Source: an archaeon
GTDB taxonomy: Archaea; Nanobdellota; Nanobdellia; Woesearchaeales; JBDRIN01
NCBI GenBank assembly: GCA_043815805.1
Contig: JBDRIN010000076.1
Span: forward strand, 1 to 42,979
DNA length: 42,979 nucleotides
Direction of reading: 5' to 3'
In this document: positions 15,435-23,912 of the stretch, piece after piece
Position numbering within the stretch: the stretch's first letter is position 1
Layout: each line of letters starts with the position of its first letter
Translations under genes and position numbers: made by a program
Notes under the pieces: model-generated
What the model saw: the letters and a program-made list of their open reading frames with translations, nothing else
Databases searched by the model: none
Told to the model about the DNA's origin: nothing

Positions 15435-15571
15435 TTTGCCCCCACCCGGTAATCACTCTAAATGAGTGTATTCTTGAATTTACTTAAGAGTTGATATAAA
15501 GAGTTTGTATATATAAATCTTGTGTTATGAACCTTAGCTCAGTGAGAACATCTTCAGATTAAGTATATCCC

Positions 15572-16813
15572 TCAGTCTTCTCCTTCTTCATCCAAGTCTT
15601 CAAGATCGTCTATAGAAAGGGTCTCTTCTTTAGGAGTCAAATCCACGGCGTCTTCTGCCATCTTTTTCTTCACTTCTTTGACCTCTTTATCAGTGCCTTC
15701 GTAGATATCTGTCTGCTCGGCCTTTGCTTCTGTCCTGCCTTTCACAGGCTTCAAGGTCTCTTTAATCTCTTCTTTTACTACTTTAGGAACTTCCGGCTGG
15801 TCTTCTATTGCTTTCTCGCTTTCTGCCTTCAGCTTGGCTATCTCTTCGTCAGGGTTTATGTCCCGGAACACATCTGTGCTGACAAGTTCCAGCCTGTCAA
15901 AGGTCTCGTTCTTCTTCATCCTGCCCGTAACCTTGATTATGTTTCCCAGAAGGTCTGTCTTGGCAGGCTCTAGCTCAGATGGCTTGTCCTTCATCTCCAA
16001 GAGCTCCTCATGGGTCTTCCCCAATAACTTTTGCACTTGGTCTCTCCAGAACACTGCTCGCACATTGTCTGTGCCATCGTCTAAGAAAGTATTCATCACA
16101 TAGCTGAACTTGGGCTCTACTTTGCCGTGTTTCTCGCATTCAAAAGCGTTCTCTCTTAATCTCACCCGTTTATTGCATTCAGGGCACAATTCAAAGAAGT
16201 TTGGGTCAAAAATCTGCACAACAGTGGCCAAAACCTCTACGTTCTGGTCTTCTGCAGCCAGGTCTTTTATCTGTTTCCTTACCGCCTCCACCACATCAGA
16301 TGCTGAAGGGCCTGCCTTTATCTTTACTCCTTTAGGATTGACCTCTAGCTTGCTCTCTTCGCGCAGATGAAGCTCCTTCCGGTCATTATTCTCGCGGACA
16401 TATGCTCCTTTTATCCGGATAGTATCCCCTTCATTGAACTCGTTGAAAAGGTCTGTCTGGTCGTTCCACAACACGACCCTGATAAGGCCTGTCTCGTCTG
16501 CGATAAGAAAACTGGCTACCTTCCCCGAACGCTTCTCTGTTGAGAACTCCCGAAGCTCATATTTCCTGACAACCTTGCCGCAAACTTCAACATTATGCAT
16601 GCCAGCCAAGATGTTCTGGACCTGAAGCTTGCCAGAGACCTCGAAAAGCTTGATTCCAAGCTCATTGGCTAGGATATGGGCTGCTCCCTCTTCAGAAATC
16701 AACCCTGCGAGCTTGTCCATCTTCTGCTTGATCTTAGAGTCTAACTCTGCAGCGCTCAAAGAACCATTTTTGATGATTTTCTCTTTTATCTGCGGTAAAG
16801 GCATATTTATCAT
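15572..16813 (-). CDS. rpa: Replication protein A-like ssDNA-binding protein (OB folds plus Zn ribbon)
   Basis: N-terminal LISEEGAAHILANELGI domain, OB-fold segments (VASFLIADETGLIRVVLWND; TIRIKGAYVRENN), Zn ribbon CPECNKRVRLRENAFECEKHGK and an acidic tail DDLEDLDEEGED. Confidence 0.8.
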   Translation of the reverse strand: MINMPLPQIKEKIIKNGSLSAAELDSKIKQKMDKLAGLISEEGAAHILANELGIKLFEVSGKLQVQNILAGMHNVEVCGKVVRKYELREFSTEKRSGKVASFLIADETGLIRVVLWNDQTDLFNEFNEGDTIRIKGAYVRENNDRKELHLREESKLEVNPKGVKIKAGPSASDVVEAVRKQIKDLAAEDQNVEVLATVVQIFDPNFFELCPECNKRVRLRENAFECEKHGKVEPKFSYVMNTFLDDGTDNVRAVFWRDQVQKLLGKTHEELLEMKDKPSELEPAKTDLLGNIIKVTGRMKKNETFDRLELVSTDVFRDINPDEEIAKLKAESEKAIEDQPEVPKVVKEEIKETLKPVKGRTEAKAEQTDIYEGTDKEVKEVKKKMAEDAVDLTPKEETLSIDDLEDLDEEGED

Positions 16814-16849
16814 GTTTCCAACCCCTTAAGAAATAAGACTCAGGGGGAA

Positions 16850-16861
16850 TTTATAAAGTTT
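16850..16861 (-). promoter_or_regulatory. BRE/TATA promoter (minus-strand AAACTTTATAAA) for the RPA gene
   Basis: It lies ~40 nt upstream of ATG 16813, directly after the stop of the pilin-cluster terminal gene. Confidence 0.5.
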
Positions 16862-16879
16862 TTCTTCTCTAGAAGCTGG

Positions 16880-19800
16880 TTATGGTAAGAATGGATACTC
16901 GACTTCAGGGAGAGAAATATAATTAGAACCATAAGAAAACCCTCCAGGCACTTCTATCTCGTTGTTGTTCCCATCAATGGCCGTTACCCCAACATAATAA
17001 GACTCGCTAGTCGATTTCGGAGGCATCTGCATTATATAGAACATCATGTCTTCGTCTTCAAGATGATAGCATTTCTTGATTTCAGCGCTGGTTGAAATTC
17101 CTAGTGTAGTGAAGGTGCATGTACTGCCTGAGCAAGCCACCACCCCTCTTAAGTTTATGCGGAGGATGCTTGTATCACAATCACCTGCGATGAGCTCGTT
17201 ATAGGTATCCCCAATAGGGAACATATTAGTACCATCATAGACCCTGTAAGCAAACAGGTCTATTGCAGGTGAAGGCTCCCATTTCACAGCAATCAGGTTG
17301 CCCGGAGGATCTATTAATGTGCCTTCTAGGTCTTTTATCACCGGCGGCTCAGTTATATCCTTCATCTCAAGGGCGAACCGTATCTTGATTTGTTCTGGCT
17401 TAAAGCCTTTCTCTGGATTAGGCACAGAACTTGGGGTCTCTAGACAAAATCTATATCTATACTTATTCGGCGCACATTCTGGAGTTCCATCAGGAGCCCC
17501 TATCATGAACAAGCTCTTTTTTTCTGGTTTGTAAAGATATAATATATCAGCAGGAACATCCGGCGGCAGAATAAGCGGCCTTAGTATCTGGGCTTTGATG
17601 AATTTTCCATCCTCGTCGAATTCTACCTCGTAGAACAAGTCATTGTACTCCTCTGCATCAACGCTTGGATTGTTGGCATAAAAGGTTGTCTTGAAAGGAA
17701 GATAATAAGCGAGCTCATTATCATCAGGAACTTCCAGGAAGAACTTGTCTTCTATGAACTTTATCTTGAAGGTCTCTCCTGTGTCACCTGTAAAATTCAT
17801 CTTGCAATAACATGCGCTCTGGTTGTTCATCAGGCAATCATAATACTCCTCGACAAAATCATAATACAAATAATTATCCTCGCAAGCTCTAGAGATGACA
17901 AATCCAGCATCCTTGTTTTCCTGCGTATCATTGAACTCTTTCATCTTGTCCTCTACGCAACCGACAACACCATCTCCAGCGCATTCCTCAGCAGTCTCTT
18001 TGGCAAATTCGACGAGCTTCCTGTATACTCCTAAATCATGCTCTGCTACTGCGCTGAAATGCGGCTCCACTGTGTAGCCGCCCCAGACGCTCTGGACTTG
18101 TGCACAAGGAGGTGTGTTCTTGTATTTATCATACTGCGACACTTCTTTCCTGACAAAAGTGATATACCCTTCTGCTCCAGGAGGATCATACTTCGGCAAA
18201 ATCTTCTCCACAGTGTCAAGACCCGCCCCAACATAGTAAGGGCCAGCAATCATATCAAACCAAGCCATTATACCCTTGTCCCAGTCATTGAAGCCGCAGA
18301 AACAAGTAACTTTCCCAGGAAAGGTATAGGGATTACAGTCGACAAAATCACATTCATAAGTGCTATCAGTGCATTGTGTGTTCAGTTTCTTGGAGTGCTC
18401 TCCCGATGCAAAATCATCAAATCCTGGCTTGTCGAACTGGCAATTGCTCGGAATCATCATATTCCCTATGCTGTGTGTCCTTGTGGCCACACCGGCAGTC
18501 CCATACCCTGATTCTTTCCTGAAAAATGCAAGCGCAAAGGCATTGTCTATTCCCATACTGGCACTATACCCATAGAAAATATGCCCAAAATTCGTTGCAG
18601 GAGAGTTGGCATCTCCAAGTACCCTGTTGACCTCATCTTCCGAGAGGGAAGGCTCATCACCATTCAGCAGCACAGACATCTGGCAAGAGCCAGAACCTCC
18701 AGTATCTGCACCCAAAGAAAGCATAAGAGAAGTGTCCACGTGCGTACATTCCTCTGCCAGGTCTGGATCGTGCCTTGAAGGGATCATCGCATAGTTGTAT
18801 TTGTCTTTGCAGCTGAAAGCAGTGTCTGTGAAGATGAACTTCGAGAGCTGTTCTTCTGAATAGAAGCAGAATGGACTGTTTGCTTTGTCTCCTCCAAGAT
18901 TATCTGAAGCATAGACCTTAAAATCAAGGTGAGGACCTCCAGATTTTCCTGTGTTGCCGGATCTTGCTATGACATCTCCTTTGTTGACAACATCTCCTTC
19001 GCTCAGGCGAGCTACACTGTCCAAGTGGCTGTATCGTGTATAAAGATTCTCTCCGTGTTTCAATATTATATAATTCCCGTAATTCCCGCATTTTCCCCTG
19101 CATGCCGTAGGATCAGAACAGGGATCTCTTGGATCTGAGAGAGAACACTGGCATGTGCCTGTCCATTCCTCGCAGATCTTGAAGACACTTCCTCCTGTGA
19201 CTGCATAGACCTCGCTGCCTTTGGCCACTGCCAAGTCGATGCCGTCGTGGAAGTTCTCTTTTCCGTTCTCTGACTTTCCGTCCAGGTCTCTGTAGCCAAA
19301 GCATGATTCAGTATTGATTCTGTCGCTCTGAAGAGCTATGGGAAATACAAATGTCCCTTCCACATCTGTAAAGCCCTTCATCACGCTCTGGTGCATTATC
19401 TCAAAGTTCACTTTCTGCTTTGCCTTGGCGATCAACTTCAGACTTGCGTTCTGCTGTTTGAAAGTGTAGTCATAATTGTTCCACCCGATATCCAGGATGT
19501 GCTGGTCAAGCCTTGAGTTCATCTCATCATCGAGGTAGCCGGTTATGTTGCTTTTGAAGTCGGGATAGCATTCTTCTGTGTCGTTGTTCCACAAATAATA
19601 GACATGTTCTCCGCATTTCGGAACCGCAGGGGTGTTTACATCCTGCTTGGCATATATTCCTCCTGAACTGGCCATGTCCAGCAGTGAAGTATAATAGCTG
19701 TACTCACCTGCCTGGTCAATATAAAAAAGAGAGTTTTCTGCCCGTTGATATGTCCTTATGAGAGCTGACTGTTTTTCACCCAGGGGTTCATGGAGCAGCT

Positions 19801-19921
19801 CTGATTTGATCCTATAATTATAATTCATCTGGATATAACCATATATCAAGACGATTATTACGATTATGACCAGACCTACTATGAACACTTGCCCTTTCCG
19901 ATTCATTGTTTTTCTCATCAT
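16880..19921 (-). CDS. Class-III-signal protein carrying M23 metallopeptidase and lysozyme-like (GH73/SLT-type) murein hydrolase modules plus a beta-rich/FN3-like C-terminus (1013 aa)
   Basis: The start is taken at the ATGA overlap with the upstream stop, giving MMRKTMNRKGQVFIVGLVIIVIIVLIYGY. M23 module: NFHDGIDLAV, YTRYSHLDS, NTGKSGGPHLDFKVY (nt 18905-19348). Lysozyme-like module: NAFALAFFRKESGYGTAG...HSIGNMM...GIMAWFDMIAGPYYVGAGLDTVEKILPKYDP (nt 18131-18643). Confidence 0.8.
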   Translation of the reverse strand: MMRKTMNRKGQVFIVGLVIIVIIVLIYGYIQMNYNYRIKSELLHEPLGEKQSALIRTYQRAENSLFYIDQAGEYSYYTSLLDMASSGGIYAKQDVNTPAVPKCGEHVYYLWNNDTEECYPDFKSNITGYLDDEMNSRLDQHILDIGWNNYDYTFKQQNASLKLIAKAKQKVNFEIMHQSVMKGFTDVEGTFVFPIALQSDRINTESCFGYRDLDGKSENGKENFHDGIDLAVAKGSEVYAVTGGSVFKICEEWTGTCQCSLSDPRDPCSDPTACRGKCGNYGNYIILKHGENLYTRYSHLDSVARLSEGDVVNKGDVIARSGNTGKSGGPHLDFKVYASDNLGGDKANSPFCFYSEEQLSKFIFTDTAFSCKDKYNYAMIPSRHDPDLAEECTHVDTSLMLSLGADTGGSGSCQMSVLLNGDEPSLSEDEVNRVLGDANSPATNFGHIFYGYSASMGIDNAFALAFFRKESGYGTAGVATRTHSIGNMMIPSNCQFDKPGFDDFASGEHSKKLNTQCTDSTYECDFVDCNPYTFPGKVTCFCGFNDWDKGIMAWFDMIAGPYYVGAGLDTVEKILPKYDPPGAEGYITFVRKEVSQYDKYKNTPPCAQVQSVWGGYTVEPHFSAVAEHDLGVYRKLVEFAKETAEECAGDGVVGCVEDKMKEFNDTQENKDAGFVISRACEDNYLYYDFVEEYYDCLMNNQSACYCKMNFTGDTGETFKIKFIEDKFFLEVPDDNELAYYLPFKTTFYANNPSVDAEEYNDLFYEVEFDEDGKFIKAQILRPLILPPDVPADILYLYKPEKKSLFMIGAPDGTPECAPNKYRYRFCLETPSSVPNPEKGFKPEQIKIRFALEMKDITEPPVIKDLEGTLIDPPGNLIAVKWEPSPAIDLFAYRVYDGTNMFPIGDTYNELIAGDCDTSILRINLRGVVACSGSTCTFTTLGISTSAEIKKCYHLEDEDMMFYIMQMPPKSTSESYYVGVTAIDGNNNEIEVPGGFSYGSNYISLPEVEYPFLP

Positions 19922-20517
19922 CTCGTTGACCAAAATGCGACTGCTGCTATCTGCAGGCTCCACTTGACTGCTGTGCCAAAGGTGATGACCTCTGTCACCA
20001 TGCATACTTCTATGGCTTTGTCTCTCTCTATCCCCGGGATTATGACACATTTTTCCTGTGTCTCATCCAATAGTGGATCCCATTTCTTACCTATCTGAAA
20101 GTCTCCACCTTTCACATAGACTTTGTAGCACTCATCGCAGACCCTTGTTCGCAAGACAACTTCTGCCTCTGCCCAGGCAGCATCTTTCAGGTCTTGCCGG
20201 TTATAGGTGCCCTGGCCTGATTCATAAAGCGCAATTATATCTGCCACTATAAGTTCCTTCCCACCGAGCTCTACAGGAGAGCGCAGATAGTTCAGGAACA
20301 TCATGTCATTCCTTGTGTCGTCAAATTCCCCTTCAATGATGGCTTTCAGGGCCTTGCCGTAAAAGCTGAATATGACTGCGAAGACTATGAAGACCAGGAC
20401 TAAGACCAAGATGGCTATGCCTATGACCATCGCCCTTTGCCCTTTCTTGTTCAGTTTCAAAGAAACTGAATGCTCAAAAGACTTGTCTTTTGTTGTGTTC
20501 ATCTTTTCCATCTTCAT
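19918..20517 (-). CDS. Class-III-signal (pilin-like) protein, 199 aa
   Basis: N-terminus ...SLKLNKKGQRAMVIGIAILVLVLVFIVFAVIF. There are 4-nt ATGA overlaps with both neighbours. Confidence 0.65.
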   Translation of the reverse strand: MKMEKMNTTKDKSFEHSVSLKLNKKGQRAMVIGIAILVLVLVFIVFAVIFSFYGKALKAIIEGEFDDTRNDMMFLNYLRSPVELGGKELIVADIIALYESGQGTYNRQDLKDAAWAEAEVVLRTRVCDECYKVYVKGGDFQIGKKWDPLLDETQEKCVIIPGIERDKAIEVCMVTEVITFGTAVKWSLQIAAVAFWSTR

Positions 20518-21041
20518 CCGCTCTCTGGTTGTATTATATCTATGTGAAGAACCGCCTGCTTGAATTCTCCTTTGTCTTCGTAAGTCACAGGAAGCTTGTA
20601 GTCCATACGGTCTGTGCTGCCAAGGCCCAGGAATCTCCAGTTGGATAGGGGCAGCCAGCGGTCGTACCAGACTTTGTTGAAATATATCGGGGATTTCACC
20701 GCATCGCCGTTTGTATCTAACAGGGATATCTTGGCGCTGATATATTGATCATAAGAATAATCCATGGAGCTGTGCATATTGGTTGTCGTGAACTTATCAA
20801 GGTCTATTATGCCTGGATATGCTCTTCCTGTTTCCCTATCCACATAAGTCAATGCGTTGGGGGAATAGATTATGCGTGAATATAGGACCTCTCTTTTCAG
20901 TTCTAAGACTCTCATATCATTGACTATCAGCATCCGGAAGAGCATTATTATGACAAATACGACTATGGCAAGGATTATAAACCTCATTATCCAAAGCAGC
21001 ATATACTTTGCTGAAAATGCTTTTTTGTTGAGTCTAGCCAT
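20514..21041 (-). CDS. Class-III-signal-like protein, 175 aa
   Basis: MARLNKKAFSAKYMLLWIMRFIILAIVVFVIIMLF. It overlaps the upstream gene by 8 nt. Confidence 0.6.
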   Translation of the reverse strand: MARLNKKAFSAKYMLLWIMRFIILAIVVFVIIMLFRMLIVNDMRVLELKREVLYSRIIYSPNALTYVDRETGRAYPGIIDLDKFTTTNMHSSMDYSYDQYISAKISLLDTNGDAVKSPIYFNKVWYDRWLPLSNWRFLGLGSTDRMDYKLPVTYEDKGEFKQAVLHIDIIQPESG

Positions 21042-21984
21042 AGTACACCTTTATGCCCTCAAAAATGGCGAGGGCAACCTCATTCATCGGAAGTCCTCCT
21101 GCCTCTGGTCCGAGCTCTAGGATAACCGCGGTCTTTTGGGAGAGGAGTTTCTTGAGATCCTCGTCCGCCAATTCCAAGCTTGTTTTCCCAAATCCTTGTT
21201 TATCTTTGAAATGGTCAAGTTCCAGAATATTTAAGAGAAACAAGCATGCTAGTTTCTGTGATTTCAAGTTTAGCGCTGAGAAGTACGTGTTGACGTTCTC
21301 GTCGGAAGAGAAGTCCAGGATAACCACAAGGTCTGCGTCGCGCTCCTTCACCTTGTCTATGTTGTCTTCCCAATCATCTACTTCGTCTGCTCCATATACT
21401 TGGTTCTTGAAGATTAGCTTTATGGCTTGCTCTAGCTGCGACAGAGCAGGATCTTCTGTCCTAAAGAATATCTTCTGCTCTTTCAAGACACCTCCAGTTA
21501 TAGAAGTAGGGCACACCATAAGTATATTTAATGGCAAAAGACCGCTTTGCTCATCTATCCATATCCTGGCGTTATATTGCTGGTCATCGAAGACTTTCGC
21601 CTTCATAAAGTTAAAGCTTATTGTGTTGAACTCTGATTTCTCTACTTTGGTCTTGCTGTCCACTGCAAAATAGAAGGCTGCAGGAGTCAGCTTATCCTTG
21701 GATAGGTCCGGTCGGTATTCATAGACTTTGACGCGGTCCTCTTCAATATGTATCTCCAATGGCTTCACGCTGTTTAGGACATTATAATTGAAGTTCACTT
21801 CTCCAGGAGCCGCATGGACAGTGTCCATTATAAGAGCGATATCCCTAGCATAATAGTTTTTCCAATAGAGCGTGCCGTCTGCTATGTGGTTGACATAGGA
21901 GAACAAGGAGACAATGATCAAAACAAGAATGATCACCTCCATTATGACAAACCACAAATCTTGTACAAACCCCTTTTTATTCAT
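21034..21984 (-). CDS. Class-III-signal protein with a possibly degenerate MurNAc-L-Ala amidase (Amidase_3)-like C-terminal domain, 316 aa
   Basis: MNKKGFVQDLWFVIMEVIILVLIIVSLF. The C-terminal layout is ILMVCPT...ERDADLVVILDFSSDENVNTYFSA..SQKLACLFLLNI...TAVILELGPEAGG..NEVALAIFEGIKVYY. This mirrors the Amidase_3 pattern (ivIDpGH...aDlfiSiHaN...evyy..s..LA..i...PavLvElGf...iA.ai..gi..y) but without the His ligands. Confidence 0.6.
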   Translation of the reverse strand: MNKKGFVQDLWFVIMEVIILVLIIVSLFSYVNHIADGTLYWKNYYARDIALIMDTVHAAPGEVNFNYNVLNSVKPLEIHIEEDRVKVYEYRPDLSKDKLTPAAFYFAVDSKTKVEKSEFNTISFNFMKAKVFDDQQYNARIWIDEQSGLLPLNILMVCPTSITGGVLKEQKIFFRTEDPALSQLEQAIKLIFKNQVYGADEVDDWEDNIDKVKERDADLVVILDFSSDENVNTYFSALNLKSQKLACLFLLNILELDHFKDKQGFGKTSLELADEDLKKLLSQKTAVILELGPEAGGLPMNEVALAIFEGIKVYYG

Positions 21985-22005
21985 GTAGTATGTTTACAGA
22001 AAGAG

Positions 22006-22019
22006 TATTTAAAAACTTT
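22006..22019 (-). promoter_or_regulatory. Internal TATA-like element (minus-strand AAAGTTTTTAAATA) ~28 nt upstream of ATG 21984
   Basis: It sits in the 40-nt gap between 22025..23281 and 21034..21984. The spacing fits a leaderless transcript. Confidence 0.4.
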
Positions 22020-22024
22020 TCCCA

Positions 22025-23281
22025 TTAACTATCCTCGTCGGGTGCTTTGCAGTAGTCATAATCTCGGAACTCTATAAGTTCACATCCTCCTTCGAACCCG
22101 CAGGGATTCATGCCGCAGATATTCTTTTCCTGGCCTTCGCAGGTGCTTCCAAGTGTTGGAAGGGAATTGTCAGATTTCACTAGAAGCGTGTCGCAATAAT
22201 CCTTGCAGCTGCCGTCATTCAGCTCTAAGAGCCAGCAATCCACGTCCGGCGTATAGTGCATTCCTTCCATGCAGATGCCATAATCTTTAAGCTTGTCTCC
22301 GCACATGCAGGGGAAATCTATAGGGCCTTCTACGCATTCTATGACACATACAGCTTCGCAGTTGGTGTCTCTGTCGACGTCAGTGCATATGACTTTCTTG
22401 ACTTCTTGCGCTTTGTAGTCTGGGGGAAGATGATCTTTAGCAGTGTCGCATTCTCTTCCAAGATCGCTCAGATAATCCTTCTCTTTGCATTCTTCTTCAG
22501 AAAGCTCTGGACAGCCGAACTCAAAATACTTATATCTCTGCCTTGACTTATCATTGTATCTTGTCATATAAATATATATCTTATTGGAACGGTTGTATTT
22601 CTCTATGTAGATATCCCCGATTGGGAGCCAGCTTCCGATGTGCACGTTGGCTTTCAGAGAGTAAAGCTGCAGGTATTCGTAATTGGTCTTGGTCATCTCT
22701 TTTTTGTCTTCAAGCAGCTCCAGATTTTCATAGACCCTGTCCTGTTTTATGTTCGGACGTTCCTTGCCGCCATACTCAGACCATCCTTCTGGTGTCTTGT
22801 AGAAGCTTCCTACAAAGACTATGTCTCTTTCAAACACTTTGCAGGTCACAAGGTGTGCATCTCCATCTGCTCCGTTGCCTTCTTCTTCAAGATTGCCATC
22901 GTACAGGCAAAGGCATGCTTTATCTCCGTCTGACCGGATGCATTGGGATGGGGGGAAAAGAGATCCAGAACTATCTACTCTGCTATGGACTATGCTTGGT
23001 CCAGTAGGCCACTCCTTGTCAAAACCAACAAGGGTGTATCCTGGAGGCAAGTAATAGGTTATGCCAGAGAAAGCCAGTTTGTCAGGATTATCTAATAATG
23101 TATCTATGGTCAAGCCGAGCATCTCAAAATTCTTCAATGTTGCTTTTTCTGAATCGTCGACGCTAAAAAGCCTGCATCCTATTGTTATCAAGAGTATGAT
23201 GGCAATGGCAGCTATGATGATCTCCAGGGTTATCTTTGGAATCATCATCTCCTGAGCCTTCCTGCTCTTTAAAGAAACCAT
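22025..23281 (-). CDS. Class-III-signal protein with a Cys-rich C-terminal half, 418 aa
   Basis: MVSLKSRKAQEMMIPKITLEIIIAAIAIILLITIG. The C-terminal ~160 aa are dense in Cys (CPELSEEECKEKD...CEAVCVIECVEGPIDFPCMCGD...). Confidence 0.65.
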   Translation of the reverse strand: MVSLKSRKAQEMMIPKITLEIIIAAIAIILLITIGCRLFSVDDSEKATLKNFEMLGLTIDTLLDNPDKLAFSGITYYLPPGYTLVGFDKEWPTGPSIVHSRVDSSGSLFPPSQCIRSDGDKACLCLYDGNLEEEGNGADGDAHLVTCKVFERDIVFVGSFYKTPEGWSEYGGKERPNIKQDRVYENLELLEDKKEMTKTNYEYLQLYSLKANVHIGSWLPIGDIYIEKYNRSNKIYIYMTRYNDKSRQRYKYFEFGCPELSEEECKEKDYLSDLGRECDTAKDHLPPDYKAQEVKKVICTDVDRDTNCEAVCVIECVEGPIDFPCMCGDKLKDYGICMEGMHYTPDVDCWLLELNDGSCKDYCDTLLVKSDNSLPTLGSTCEGQEKNICGMNPCGFEGGCELIEFRDYDYCKAPDEDS

Positions 23282-23282
23282 C

Positions 23283-23894
23283 CTATGTTACCTCTATCTT
23301 GGCCTCTATAGTCCTAGCAACGTTCCCTTCTGTATCAAAGACCTTGAGATATATCTCGTAGTCTCCCTTTGTGACCTGGGTTCCTAGCCTTGTCAGCTCT
23401 AGAGGGTCTGCAGTGCAGTCTGCAGGGCCAGCCACACCCCAACTGCCTGAAATCTGACATTCTAAATATTCGTCAGCATTTTCTATCCATGCGTATAAGA
23501 TACAGTCTACGCCTTCTTCGACTTTCAAAGTCTTTCCATGGCTGATATCCACACCTTTCTCTCCATCGTCGTAGACCTTGTAGAGCCTGAACCGGACAAT
23601 GTCTGTCTTGGAAGACTCCGTGCTCTTGCTGTTATAGCAGCAATATTCTTTTCCAGGAGGACAATCCTTGTCCATAGGACTTGGTGTGCGTACATCTCCG
23701 AACTTGTCGCATTCTTCATTAGAAGTACAATATGTTAGGTCTGTGCCACCACATTTCTTGGCGCGATCAAGGAAAAGCCCTCCTTTGAAAAAGTCTGGGT
23801 AAAATATGCCAGTAACAACCAAGACAACAATCACCGTAACAAGTAATCCTAGAAGAGCTGCTCCTCCCTCGTTTCCTTTTTTAGATTTCATCAT
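23283..23894 (-). CDS. Class-III-signal pilin-like protein with a six-Cys module, 203 aa
   Basis: MMKSKKGNEGGAALLGLLVTVIVVLVVTGIF, then CGGTDLTYCTSNEECDKFGDVRTPSPMDKDCPPGKEYCC. Confidence 0.7.
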   Translation of the reverse strand: MMKSKKGNEGGAALLGLLVTVIVVLVVTGIFYPDFFKGGLFLDRAKKCGGTDLTYCTSNEECDKFGDVRTPSPMDKDCPPGKEYCCYNSKSTESSKTDIVRFRLYKVYDDGEKGVDISHGKTLKVEEGVDCILYAWIENADEYLECQISGSWGVAGPADCTADPLELTRLGTQVTKGDYEIYLKVFDTEGNVARTIEAKIEVT

Positions 23895-23912
23895 TTTGAA
23901 TTATTAATATCA

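Noticed and set aside
19922-20050. 43-codon N-terminal extension of the M23 gene in the track (MCHNPGDRERQSHRSMHGDRGHH...).
   Set aside because: It lies entirely inside the upstream gene. The ATGA stop/start overlap at 19921 yields the same basic-leader plus KGQ N-terminus seen in all neighbouring genes.
21053-21673. 206-aa plus-strand ORF.
   Set aside because: It is antisense to the 316-aa class-III-signal gene that sits in a tight operon. It is Ser-rich and has no promoter or SD.
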